DNA of 32,000 nt from positions 270,001-302,000 of the forward strand of contig NC_014909.2 in the NCBI RefSeq assembly GCF_000185985.2. The letters are read 5' to 3'. The notes beneath the pieces are model-generated. The model had not been told where the DNA came from. It saw nothing but the letters and a program-made list of their open reading frames with translations, and did not search any database. The position numbers were made by a program, and so were the translations under genes. The stretch is from Candidatus Saccharimonadota bacterium. Lineage in GTDB: Bacteria > Pseudomonadota > Gammaproteobacteria > Enterobacterales > Enterobacteriaceae. Position 1 is the stretch's first letter, and each line of letters starts with the position of its first letter. This document shows positions 18,786 to 29,265 of this stretch, piece after piece.

Positions 18786-20332
18786 TGTCTAAATATATTG
18801 ATTTAAAAAAAAGTTTGAATCGAGAAGAATTAAATATTAATTATGATGAATTAAAAATTCGTCAAAAAAAATTGTTGAAAATACGAAAATTAGGGATTGC
18901 ATTTCCTAACAAATTTCGGCGTAATTATACTTCTTCTCAATTACACAAGGAATTTTCTTATAAAACCCATGAAGATTTAGTTGCGCTTAATATTCAAGTT
19001 AATATTTCAGGACGTATAATGACTCGACGAATTATGGGGAAAGCGTCTTTTATTGTATTAAAAGATGGAGAGGGTTCTATTCAATTATATATTACTATTA
19101 ATTCATTGTTATCTAAACAAATATATGTCAATCATCTGAAACAGTTAGATTTAGGAGATATAATTGGAGCACAAGGTATTTTATTTAAAACTCGTACTGG
19201 AGAATTATCTATACGTTGTTATAATGTTATGTTGCTTTCTAAATCTTTACGTCCGTTGCCAAGTAAATTTTATGGGTTAAATAATTCAGAAAAAAAATAC
19301 CGACAAAGATATTTAGATTTAATAGTGAATGATAAGTCTAGTAAAATTTTCAAAAAACGTTCTTTGATTATATATAAAATACGTCAATTTATGAAGAAAT
19401 ATGATTTTATAGAGGTAGAAACTCCAATAATGCATACAATTCCAGGAGGTGCTATAGCTCGTCCTTTTGTTACTTACCATAATAAATTAGGAATGCATAT
19501 GTATCTTCGTATTGCGCCGGAATTATATTTGAAAAAATTAATAATAGGTGGATTTGAACGAATATTTGAAATAAATCGTAATTTTCGTAACGAAAGTATA
19601 TCTCCATATCATAATCCGGAGTTTACTATGATGGAGGTGTATATAGCTTATTCTGATTACAAAGATATGATATCTTTTACTCAAAAGTTATTATCAAAAT
19701 TAGCAGAACAAATTTTTAAAAGTAATACTATTCAGTATGGTGAATATTGTTTAAATTTTAAAGAACCTTTTACAAAAATGAGTGTAAAAGAAGCTATTAT
19801 ATATTATTTACCAGAGGTAAAATTAAATAATATAAATGATATGTCAATTATTGTTGATATTTTGAAAAAATTTGAAATTCAATTTAATAAAAAATGGTCT
19901 TTAGAGAAGTTACATATGCTCTTATTTGAAGAGATAATAACTAAAAAAATTATTCAACCAACTTTTATTACGCATTATCCAACAGAATTATCACCACTAG
20001 CGCGATGCAATGATAATGATTCAAAACTTGCTGATCGTTTTGAACTATTTATTGCTGGATTTGAAATAGGTAATGGCTTTTCAGAATTGAATGATCCAGA
20101 CGATCAAAGAGATAGATTTTTAAAACAAATACAAGAAAAAAGAATGAATAGTAAAAATACGGATAATACAGATATTGTTCATTGTTATGATGAAGATTAT
20201 TTAACCGCATTAGAATATGGCTTACCTCCTACCTCAGGAATAGGAATAGGTATTGATCGGTTAGTTATGTTGTTGACTAATCAACATAATATTCGTGATG
20301 TGATTTTATTTCCTACTTTGCGTCCAAAATAG
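18785..20332 (+). CDS. lysS: Lysine--tRNA ligase (class II)
   Basis: 515-aa ORF with class II motifs FRNESISPYHNPEFTMMEVY and GIGIGIDRLVMLL. An anticodon-binding OB region (GRIMTRRIMGKASF) is present. It follows prfB as in E. coli. Confidence 0.96.
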   Translation: MSKYIDLKKSLNREELNINYDELKIRQKKLLKIRKLGIAFPNKFRRNYTSSQLHKEFSYKTHEDLVALNIQVNISGRIMTRRIMGKASFIVLKDGEGSIQLYITINSLLSKQIYVNHLKQLDLGDIIGAQGILFKTRTGELSIRCYNVMLLSKSLRPLPSKFYGLNNSEKKYRQRYLDLIVNDKSSKIFKKRSLIIYKIRQFMKKYDFIEVETPIMHTIPGGAIARPFVTYHNKLGMHMYLRIAPELYLKKLIIGGFERIFEINRNFRNESISPYHNPEFTMMEVYIAYSDYKDMISFTQKLLSKLAEQIFKSNTIQYGEYCLNFKEPFTKMSVKEAIIYYLPEVKLNNINDMSIIVDILKKFEIQFNKKWSLEKLHMLLFEEIITKKIIQPTFITHYPTELSPLARCNDNDSKLADRFELFIAGFEIGNGFSELNDPDDQRDRFLKQIQEKRMNSKNTDNTDIVHCYDEDYLTALEYGLPPTSGIGIGIDRLVMLLTNQHNIRDVILFPTLRPK

Positions 20333-20440
20333 TGATCCGTTCGTGTATATGTGGTATTTATGTTACATTTATAATTTTTAACAAGTGAAATATGAATTTC
20401 AAGTTTTTAATTTTAATATTTAATATATATAGAAATTATT

Positions 20441-21727
20441 ATGTCCCCACATATTATTAATGAACTATTACGTATTCATAATTACGATAATCTGAAGAAA
20501 TTATATCATACCTATAAAGGTCCAGTATGGATATATGATTCATCAATTATTATTAATCGTATCACTCAATTGAGACAATTTGATATTATCCGTTTTGCAC
20601 AAAAATCTTGTTCTAATATTCATATTTTAAAATTGATGTATAATAATGGAGTTAAAATTGATGCTGTTTCTTTAGGAGAAATAGAACGAGCATTATTAGC
20701 TGGTTTTAAATTTGGTAAAGAAAAGTCTGAAATTATTTTTACTGCAGACATATTAGAGGAAGAGACTTTATTAAAAATATTAGAACTTAAAATTCCTGTT
20801 AATATAGGTTCTATCGATATGATAATTCAATTGGGATCATGTTCTCCTGGCCATGAAGTGTGGATGCGCATTAATCCAGGATTTGGTTACGGACATAATA
20901 ATAAGACTAATACGGGAGGAGAAAATAGTAAGCATGGAATTTGGTATGAAGATGTTCCTATAGCTTTATTTTATATGCGTAGGTATAATTTGAAATTAAC
21001 TGGATTGCATATGCATATTGGGTCTGGAGTACATTATAGTCATTTATCTAAAGTATCCACCGTAATGGTGGAGCAAATTTTAAAATATAAAATAGATTTA
21101 AAAGTTATTTCATGTGGAGGAGGATTAACAATACCATATAAATTTACTGATCAAGTTGTTAATGTAAATCGTTATTTTAATATTTGGGATCATGCGAGAA
21201 AAAGTATTAGTAAATATTTAAAGCATTCAATACAATTAGAAATTGAGCCTGGTCGATTTCTTGTTGCTGAATCAGGAATATTAGTCACTCAAATTAGAGC
21301 CATTAAAACCACAGGAAGTCGACGTTTTGTACTAATAGATGCTGGATATAATGATTTGATGCGTCCTGTTATGTATGGTAGTTATCATCATATATCGATA
21401 GTTTTTGGAGAAAGAAATAGTAATGATAAAGATATTTGTTTAGGTGAAGAATTAAGTGATGTAGTAGTGGGAGGGCCTTTATGTGAAGCAGGAGATGTGT
21501 TTACTCAAGGAGCGAATGGAGAAATTTTATCTAGAAAATTACCTGATTCAGTTAAGGTTGGAGATTATTTAATTTTCCATGATACTGGAGCGTATGGTGC
21601 TTCCATGTCTTCAAATTATAATACCCGGCCATTATTACCAGAGGTTTTATTAGAAGATGGTAAAATTAGAGAAATTAGACGAAAACAAAAGTTAGAAGAT
21701 TTATTTGCTTTAGAGTTACCACGCTAA
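20441..21727 (+). CDS. lysA: Diaminopimelate decarboxylase
   Basis: 428-aa ORF colinear with E. coli LysA: RFAQKSCSNIHIL (PLP Lys), TNTGGENSKHGIW, HMHIGSG, EIEPGRF, GPLCEAGD, HDTGAYGASMSSNYN.RPL.PEV. Confidence 0.96.
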   Translation: MSPHIINELLRIHNYDNLKKLYHTYKGPVWIYDSSIIINRITQLRQFDIIRFAQKSCSNIHILKLMYNNGVKIDAVSLGEIERALLAGFKFGKEKSEIIFTADILEEETLLKILELKIPVNIGSIDMIIQLGSCSPGHEVWMRINPGFGYGHNNKTNTGGENSKHGIWYEDVPIALFYMRRYNLKLTGLHMHIGSGVHYSHLSKVSTVMVEQILKYKIDLKVISCGGGLTIPYKFTDQVVNVNRYFNIWDHARKSISKYLKHSIQLEIEPGRFLVAESGILVTQIRAIKTTGSRRFVLIDAGYNDLMRPVMYGSYHHISIVFGERNSNDKDICLGEELSDVVVGGPLCEAGDVFTQGANGEILSRKLPDSVKVGDYLIFHDTGAYGASMSSNYNTRPLLPEVLLEDGKIREIRRKQKLEDLFALELPR

Positions 21728-21963
21728 AATATAAAACGACATTTATTCGTATAAAATAATAAAATTATTAAAATAATATTAAGAATTAATGTTTATTATT
21801 GAGACAATAATTAGTCTGCTTATAATTTATATTGTATAATAAAAATTATTTTTTTAGGATTATCCTGTAATTAAAATTATTCTGATTTAATTTTGGCTTA
21901 TTAAGATAAGTGTTTTAATTAAAGTTTATTATTAAATTTTAAACAAATTGAGGTAATGGGATA

Positions 21964-22437
21964 GTGATTGATAGTAATGGGTATCGATTAAATGTAGGAA
22001 TAGTATTATGTAATGCTCGGGGTCAAGTATTTTGGGGAAAAAGACATAAACAACATTCTTGGCAATTTCCGCAAGGAGGGATTGATATTGGTGAAACTCC
22101 AGTACAAGCAATGTACAGAGAGTTATTTGAAGAGATAGGGTTAAATTATTATGATGTATGTATATTGTCTGCCACTCATCGTTGGATAAGTTATAAATTG
22201 CCTTCTTCATTGATACGATGGGAAATGAAACCATTATGCTTTGGTCAGAAACAGAAATGGTTTTTGTTGAAGTTATTATCTAAAGATACGAAAATTAATA
22301 TGCAACAAGGAGAAAGTTACACATTTGATTCCTGGAAATGGGTTAGTTTATGGTATCCAGTACGGAGAGTAGTATTTTTTAAGAGACATGTATACAGAAA
22401 AGTCATAAAAGAATTTGTTAATTTAATTTTATCTTAA
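21964..22437 (+). CDS. rppH: RNA pyrophosphohydrolase RppH (NudH)
   Basis: 157-aa ORF with a GTG start. [16 protein letters not shown] parallels E. coli MIDDDGYRPNVGIVICN. Nudix box [23 protein letters not shown] is present. It is C-terminally shorter than E. coli RppH. Confidence 0.92.
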   Translation: MIDSNGYRLNVGIVLCNARGQVFWGKRHKQHSWQFPQGGIDIGETPVQAMYRELFEEIGLNYYDVCILSATHRWISYKLPSSLIRWEMKPLCFGQKQKWFLLKLLSKDTKINMQQGESYTFDSWKWVSLWYPVRRVVFFKRHVYRKVIKEFVNLILS

Positions 22438-22573
22438 TTATTTTCAATATTTTTTGTGTTATTTATATATATTATTATCGGTTTGTATTTTTAAATTCAT
22501 ATATTACTAATGTTTAATCTTTGAGTTGTTAAAATATATATGTTTATAATGCTATATATGTAAAATTATTAAT

Positions 22574-23461
22574 ATGCAATATTTTTATACTCCAAACTTT
22601 AATCCAATTATATTTAAGATAGGACTAGTTTCATTGCATTGGTATGGAATGATGTATATTTTAGGATTTTTGTTTGCTATATGGTTATTAACTCATCCTC
22701 GATATCCTTTAAATATTTTTTTTAATGATAGAAAAGATATAGAGTATTTATTATTTTTAAATTTTTTAGGAGTAATAATAGGAGGTCGTGTCGGATATGC
22801 ATTATTTTATCAATGGCCTTTTTTTTATTGTCAAGATATATTATGGATTTTAAAAATTTGGGAAGGTGGAATGTCTTTTCATGGTGGGTTGTTGGGAGTA
22901 ATTATATCAATAAAATGGTTTTCGTATCGTAAAAATCAATCTTTTTTAAAAGTATCTGATTTTGTAGTACCTGCGGTGCCATTTGGTTTAGGATTAGGGA
23001 GATTAGGTAATTTTATTAACGGAGAATTATGGGGGCGTGTAACTTTTGATGTTCCTTGGGCTATGTTATTTTATAATTCTTTTTATCAAGATTTATTAGT
23101 ATTAGAAACTTATCCAGAGTTAGAACCATTATTTAATTATTATGGAGCTCTACCTAGACATCCTTCTCAATTATATGAAATGATTTTAGAAGGCATAGTG
23201 TTATTTATTCTTATCTATCTATTTATTTATAAACCAAAACCTGTTGGCAGCATATCAGGATTATTTTTAGTTTTATACGGGTTGTTTAGATTAATTGCAG
23301 AATTTTTTCGTCAACCTGATAATCATATAGGATTAATTAATCATTTTTTTACTTTAGGTCAAATTTTATCATTGCCAATGATTGTATCTGGAGGAATAAT
23401 TATATTATGTGCGTATAAGAAAAAATTATTATCTAAAATAACTTTATTTAAAAAAATGTAA
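22574..23461 (+). CDS. lgt: Phosphatidylglycerol--prolipoprotein diacylglyceryl transferase
   Basis: 295-aa hydrophobic ORF with HWYGMMY, GGR.GY, W.GGMSFHGGLLG, GRLGNFINGELWGR and P.HPSQLYE. Confidence 0.93.
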   Translation: MQYFYTPNFNPIIFKIGLVSLHWYGMMYILGFLFAIWLLTHPRYPLNIFFNDRKDIEYLLFLNFLGVIIGGRVGYALFYQWPFFYCQDILWILKIWEGGMSFHGGLLGVIISIKWFSYRKNQSFLKVSDFVVPAVPFGLGLGRLGNFINGELWGRVTFDVPWAMLFYNSFYQDLLVLETYPELEPLFNYYGALPRHPSQLYEMILEGIVLFILIYLFIYKPKPVGSISGLFLVLYGLFRLIAEFFRQPDNHIGLINHFFTLGQILSLPMIVSGGIIILCAYKKKLLSKITLFKKM

Positions 23462-23542
23462 GTTAATTAAAATGTATAAAATATATATATAATGATGAAT
23501 TTTATAAAAATCTTTTTTAATATTATTGTTTAAATAAAAATT

Positions 23543-26500
23543 ATGTTTATGGTTTATCGTTCTAATTGTATAGAATTATTTATGAAATTTGTAATGGATA
23601 TCATGTCTCGTTATCAATTATCAAATCCTTTAAAACCTGAAGTTATGTTAATAGAAAATAAAATTATAGCACAATGGATAGAAACAGAGTTGACAAGTTA
23701 TTTTGGCGTAGCAGCTAATATAACATTTATGAATGTAACAGCTTTTATACAAAAAATTGCGATAGATTTTTTGTCTGATAAAAGTAAAGTAGTAATAAAT
23801 AGTTTTTGTGATGATTCTATGTATTGGAAATTTATGGAAGTTTTGATGACGTCCGATTTAAATAAAAAATGTTCTATTATTCAAAAATATTTGGATTTTG
23901 ATATCAATCAGAGAAAATTGAGTCAATTTTCTGAGCAGTTGGCTAATTTATTTTCAGAATATTTAATATATCGGCCAGATTGGTTAAATATGTGGCAATC
24001 TAACAAGTTCATAGATAATTTAGATGGTAAAGAGCATCAAATTTGGCAAGCCGAAATATGGCGTATGTTTTTAAATAATATAGAACACAAATCTCAAAAG
24101 TTTAATTCTGTGTATCGATGCGTATGTTTTTTAGAAAAAAATATTAAAAAGATAAATTGGAATCAATTGCCAAATAGAATTTTTATTTATGGGATTACGT
24201 CTATACCTTTAATATATTTAAAAATATTAAAATTATTAAGTTATCATATTGATATTTATTTATGTTTTATTAGTCCATTCGAAAATAATTGGAATTGGTA
24301 TCAACATAAATATGATAATGATTTATTGTTGGAACGAAATACATATCAGTGTCACTGTGATATTTTATCTGAATTTTCGAAGAATAATGACATGAATTAT
24401 CATAAACAATATGATAAGAATAGTATATGTATGTTACAATTAGAACATCCCTTATTAAATTCATGGGGAAAAGTTGGTAAAGGTGCATTATGTTCATTAA
24501 GTCAATTACATCCACTATTTGAAATTAAAGCTTTTAAATATCCTCAAACCGATTCAATATTACATATTTTACAAAGAAATATTTTAGAATTTTCAAATAT
24601 TCATTTAAATCCTGAAAAAAAATCTCTTGTTTTTCCAGTTGAAAAAAAATTTAGCCAAAAAAAACATATTTTAAAGTTATTAGATCAATCTATTACTTTT
24701 CATGAATGTTATAGTATTCAACGAGAAATAGAAGTGTTGCATGATAATTTATTGTTAATGCTTTCTGATGATCCGAATCTATTACCTGGGGACATAATAG
24801 TTATGGCCCCCAATATTGATTTTTATATTGCAGAAATTAAAACTGTTTTTAATAATGTATTTAATAGAAAATTACCATTTTCTATTTCTGCTAACCATAA
24901 TAATAGTATTCATCCAATCATATCTAGTATTTTAAGTATATTAGATATATCAAACAGTCGATTTACTGCGGAGGAGATTTTATCACTTTTATCAGTATCA
25001 TCTATATCTTCTAAATTTCATATTAATAACGAAGAAATAGAGTTATTACGTTTATGGGTAATTAAGTCTGGTATTAGATGGGGTTTAGATGAAGAAACTA
25101 TGAAAACTTTGAATATGCCTATTACTGATCAAAATACTTGGTATTTTGGATTAAAAAGAATGCTTTTAGGTTATGCAATGAAAAGTACAGATAGTGGATT
25201 ATGGGAAAATATCTCTCCATATGATTGTGGTTGTATAAACGATAAATATGTGCATATTATTTCAGGATTAGTAGAATTTTTAAAAATATTGCAGAAATGG
25301 AGAAATCGTTTAAGTTATTCTTATACATTAAAAACTTGGTTGTTATATTTTAAAGAAATTATTAATGATTTTTTTTATTGTAATGATTTCAATATAGAGG
25401 AAAATCAGGCTTTGTTAATATTAAAAACTTACTGGATTAATATAATAGAATCAGGGATGAAATTGGGATATTCAAATACTATTCATATCTCTATATTAAG
25501 GGATAAATTAATACATAAGCTAAATAAAAAAAATATATATTACCGATTTGTACCAAATGTTATAAATTTTTGCAATATTAATCCTATATGTCTTATCCCT
25601 TGTAAAATTTTATGTCTTATAGGTATGAATGTTGATGCATACCCTAGATCTCAGTCTATATATGATTTTAATTTAATAGCAAAAAAATTAAGGTGTGGAG
25701 ATAATAATATACGCAAGGAAAATGATTATTATGCGTTTTTATTATTGTTTTTATTACCTAAAGCACGAATTTATTTTAGTTTTATCAATGAATCAATAAT
25801 AAGAAGCAATATTAGTAATAATTCATCAATTTTAATTAACGAACTTCTAGAATATATTGCTCAAAATTTTTGTTTAATTGGAGACCAAAATTTAGATATA
25901 CAATATAATATAAAACGTGTGCAAAAATATTTGTTTTATACACATAGTCACATGCCATTTAATTTGATTAATTTTACTTTAAATTCTAAAACACCTAGTT
26001 TTTTCTATGAATGGTTACATATTGCTGATACTAATATAAATTCGGATAAATCATTAATTGATTTTAATTTTATTACTACATTGCCATACATTACTGTTTC
26101 TACAGTATTATTAGATGAGTTATATAATTTTTATAAACACCCGGTACGGGTATGGTTTCAAAAACGTTTACAAATATATTTTTATCAATGTAAATATAAT
26201 AGCATATTGAATGATGAAGTTTTTTCTGTAAATTCATTATATAAGTTTAAAATTAATACAAAATTACTTAATTATTTAATATGTGAAAAAAATACTGATG
26301 TATTATATGATGAACTTTATGCATCTGGAATGTTACCTCGTGAATCATTTAGTAAATTGTATTGGATTAATCAATGTAATCAAATGAACATTTTAGCAAA
26401 TAACATTAAAGAGTATTATTTACCCAATAAGATATTTACTTTAAATATTTGTTTAAAATATTCGAATATTACATTAACTGGTAAATTAAGTTCAGTCCAA

Positions 26501-27007
26501 GTAAATGGATTGATTCGTTGGAAACCTTCTAAACTTTCTATGAAAGATTGTTTTTTGTTGTGGTTAGAGCATTTAGTGTATTGTGCTTCAGGAGGAAATG
26601 GGGATAGTCGATTATTTGGTATTAATAGTATATGGCATTTTCCTTTTTTTACTCAAAAAAAAGCAAAAGAGTTATTACAGCCTTTAATTTTAGGTTATTG
26701 TTCTGGAATTAACGCTCCTTTGATTTTATTATATAAGTCTGGAGGTATGTGGATGAATAATATGTTTGATTGGAATAATAAAGTTATATATTCAAATCAA
26801 ACTGCTCACGAGAAGGCTTGTCAAAAATTAATACAAGTTTGGCAAGGTAATATTATTACTAATGAATATTTTTCTGATATGAAAGAAAGTCATGATTTTT
26901 ATTTACGAAAACTTATTCCATTTAATTTAAATAAAAAACATATACAAATAATCGTTGATACTGCAAAATATTATTTTTTAAATATGATGCGGTATAGAAT
27001 ATTATAG
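23543..27007 (+). CDS. recC: Exodeoxyribonuclease V gamma subunit RecC
   Basis: 1154-aa ORF. The N-terminus (M)VYRSN....L........L..P..PE....E......W resembles E. coli RecC MLRVYHSN. Length and position next to recB/recD agree. The start could be ATG 23543 or 23549. Confidence 0.88.
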   Translation: MFMVYRSNCIELFMKFVMDIMSRYQLSNPLKPEVMLIENKIIAQWIETELTSYFGVAANITFMNVTAFIQKIAIDFLSDKSKVVINSFCDDSMYWKFMEVLMTSDLNKKCSIIQKYLDFDINQRKLSQFSEQLANLFSEYLIYRPDWLNMWQSNKFIDNLDGKEHQIWQAEIWRMFLNNIEHKSQKFNSVYRCVCFLEKNIKKINWNQLPNRIFIYGITSIPLIYLKILKLLSYHIDIYLCFISPFENNWNWYQHKYDNDLLLERNTYQCHCDILSEFSKNNDMNYHKQYDKNSICMLQLEHPLLNSWGKVGKGALCSLSQLHPLFEIKAFKYPQTDSILHILQRNILEFSNIHLNPEKKSLVFPVEKKFSQKKHILKLLDQSITFHECYSIQREIEVLHDNLLLMLSDDPNLLPGDIIVMAPNIDFYIAEIKTVFNNVFNRKLPFSISANHNNSIHPIISSILSILDISNSRFTAEEILSLLSVSSISSKFHINNEEIELLRLWVIKSGIRWGLDEETMKTLNMPITDQNTWYFGLKRMLLGYAMKSTDSGLWENISPYDCGCINDKYVHIISGLVEFLKILQKWRNRLSYSYTLKTWLLYFKEIINDFFYCNDFNIEENQALLILKTYWINIIESGMKLGYSNTIHISILRDKLIHKLNKKNIYYRFVPNVINFCNINPICLIPCKILCLIGMNVDAYPRSQSIYDFNLIAKKLRCGDNNIRKENDYYAFLLLFLLPKARIYFSFINESIIRSNISNNSSILINELLEYIAQNFCLIGDQNLDIQYNIKRVQKYLFYTHSHMPFNLINFTLNSKTPSFFYEWLHIADTNINSDKSLIDFNFITTLPYITVSTVLLDELYNFYKHPVRVWFQKRLQIYFYQCKYNSILNDEVFSVNSLYKFKINTKLLNYLICEKNTDVLYDELYASGMLPRESFSKLYWINQCNQMNILANNIKEYYLPNKIFTLNICLKYSNITLTGKLSSVQVNGLIRWKPSKLSMKDCFLLWLEHLVYCASGGNGDSRLFGINSIWHFPFFTQKKAKELLQPLILGYCSGINAPLILLYKSGGMWMNNMFDWNNKVIYSNQTAHEKACQKLIQVWQGNIITNEYFSDMKESHDFYLRKLIPFNLNKKHIQIIVDTAKYYFLNMMRYRIL

Positions 27008-27098
27008 TTTATGAGTATAAAATTAGGAATCTTTAGTATTATTAATACAATAGTGATTTGATGAGTCTGTTTATAATATCATTTACTGATCTTATATA

Positions 27099-29036
27099 TT
27101 AGTAATGTATGCATGCCTTTTTTATTCTATTAAATAATCCGCTGTAGCGTTGAGTAGCAGCACTAACAGTGCGTATTAATACGTTATCTGTTGCATATAG
27201 AGTAAGTTTTAGTTGAGCTCTAGTAACAGCAGTATATAGTAATTCTCTTGTTAATATTGTGGAATGTTCATTAGGCAATATAATATCGGTATTTAAAAAT
27301 GAAGAGCCTTGGGCTTTATGTATGGTCATAGCAAAACATGTTTCGTGGGCTGGTAATTGATTTATTTTTATGATTTTAATTTCATTGTTCGGTAAGAGAA
27401 AATAAGCAGACAAATGGTTTTGAGCATCAGGTAATAGAATTCCCGTATCTCCATTACATAATTCTAAAGATGGCTCGTTATGCAATATAATTATTGGTCT
27501 TCCTATATAATTGTTTGATTTATTTAAAGTTATCAATCCGCATTGAGTAAGGGTTTGCTCGATAAAATAGTTTAATTTTATTACTCCAAATATACCATGT
27601 TTGAATGCACATAATATTCGATATTGATCAAATATTTTCAAAGTGTTTATTGAAAATATTTTTTTGTATTGTAAATTTTTGAGGTAATGATAATATTTAT
27701 TAGAGCATCTTTTAATCATCGTTATGTAATCTTTTTCATTTTTTAGATGTATATAAGATAAATCAGTATATTTTTTAGAATTAAGGATAGAGAGTGTTCG
27801 TGTATAATCGCCTAAATTTATAGCAGACGATAATTGGCCAATTCCTGAATTTTTATTAAATCTATAATTTTGATTTAATATACATATTCCATCAGAAATA
27901 TTATTATAAAAACAATTTTTAGCACTATTCAAATTAGCATTGCTGAAAATATTATCAGGATATTGAGTTAATTGTATCAATTCTTTCTGCCGTTTTATAG
28001 AATATTGAAAATTAGAAAATTGACATACATCTCTAAAAATAGATCCAGGTTCTATTGAATATAATTGATGATGATCTCCTGAAAAAATAACTGTTACATG
28101 TATGGGTAAAATTTTAATTAATTGAGATAACATAGATACACTTAACATAGAAGATTCATCAATAATTAAATAATCTATATCTAAAGTGTTTGAATAATTT
28201 GTGAGGGTTTTTTGTTGTATAAAAAAATGCTCAATTACACTATGCACAGTAGTAGCTTTTAATTCTAATTTATATTTGAAAAAGCCATTGAGTTGATTAA
28301 AATTATTTAATTTATTATTACAGGAGTAAGTTAAAATGCTTGCTGATTTTCCTGTTGGGGCAATCATTTTTATACGTAGATTATGATCATATAATAATAG
28401 TGCTGTAATTATTTTTGCTATAGTTGACGTTTTTCCAGTTCCAGGACCTCCAGAGATTAATACTCTAGAATGTATAAAACTAAGGATAGTAGCTATTTTG
28501 TGCCAATTTACTTGTTTCGAAGAAGTTTCAGGAAATAATTGTTGAATAATATGTATTATTTTGGTACTCGGGTATCGATTAAAATGATTATAAGAAGAAT
28601 TAAAAAACTTAGCTATTGTGCATTCATCTTGCCATATTCGATATAAATATAAATGGTTATTATCTAAAACTAAAGGAGAAGTATACGACCCATTTCCTAC
28701 TGCAGATAAAGATAATAAAATTTCTTGCCAATCATCTATTGATAGTTTTTTTATTTCTTGTAAAATTTTAAAATTTGATAGTAGTAGGGGGGGGTAGTAG
28801 TGTTGGTGTAGTTTATCAGAAGTCAGTATATGTATAGGTAGACATGTATGCCCTAATCTAACATAAGCACTTAAATATGTGCTAGCTAATAGTAGTACAG
28901 TTTTTTCTATATTTGTAATGTTATTAATGTGATGAGTTTTAGAATTAAATACCGAAGTGATTAGTATTTTAGCGAATTGCAAATCTAAAGGATTCCAGAG
29001 TTTTACCGGTGATTTTTGTTTAGATAAATTTTTCAT
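27099..29036 (-). CDS. recD: Exodeoxyribonuclease V alpha subunit RecD (SF1B helicase)
   Basis: 645-aa ORF with Walker A ISGGPGTGKTST, motif II LIIDESSMLS, TIHKAQGSSF and a C-terminal LLYTAVTRAQ. Confidence 0.9.
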   Translation of the reverse strand: MKNLSKQKSPVKLWNPLDLQFAKILITSVFNSKTHHINNITNIEKTVLLLASTYLSAYVRLGHTCLPIHILTSDKLHQHYYPPLLLSNFKILQEIKKLSIDDWQEILLSLSAVGNGSYTSPLVLDNNHLYLYRIWQDECTIAKFFNSSYNHFNRYPSTKIIHIIQQLFPETSSKQVNWHKIATILSFIHSRVLISGGPGTGKTSTIAKIITALLLYDHNLRIKMIAPTGKSASILTYSCNNKLNNFNQLNGFFKYKLELKATTVHSVIEHFFIQQKTLTNYSNTLDIDYLIIDESSMLSVSMLSQLIKILPIHVTVIFSGDHHQLYSIEPGSIFRDVCQFSNFQYSIKRQKELIQLTQYPDNIFSNANLNSAKNCFYNNISDGICILNQNYRFNKNSGIGQLSSAINLGDYTRTLSILNSKKYTDLSYIHLKNEKDYITMIKRCSNKYYHYLKNLQYKKIFSINTLKIFDQYRILCAFKHGIFGVIKLNYFIEQTLTQCGLITLNKSNNYIGRPIIILHNEPSLELCNGDTGILLPDAQNHLSAYFLLPNNEIKIIKINQLPAHETCFAMTIHKAQGSSFLNTDIILPNEHSTILTRELLYTAVTRAQLKLTLYATDNVLIRTVSAATQRYSGLFNRIKKACIHY

Positions 29037-29265
29037 ATTTATATTTAGTGGTTATATATTTTCATGCATAGCATTCTAAAGATATTATGAGTTAATATCT
29101 TAGTTTAAATATTATTGCACTTATTTTATGTATTGTATATTGATGAATATATAGTTGTAGGTTGATTGTAATAGTATATATATTAATATATAATGATATT
29201 CAATAATAAATAATTGGTTTAATTTTTAATATTATTTATAGAGATTAATATCAGTTAATTTCATA

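Noticed and set aside
20386-20408. Small hairpin tgaaat-atga-atttca followed by TTTTT, downstream of lysS
   Set aside because: The stem is 6 bp with a single G-C pair. That is too weak to call a terminator with any confidence.
21932-22234. 100-aa - strand ORF
   Set aside because: It is antisense to rppH, whose Nudix box identifies the true frame.
24270-24515. 81-aa - strand ORF
   Set aside because: It is antisense within recC.
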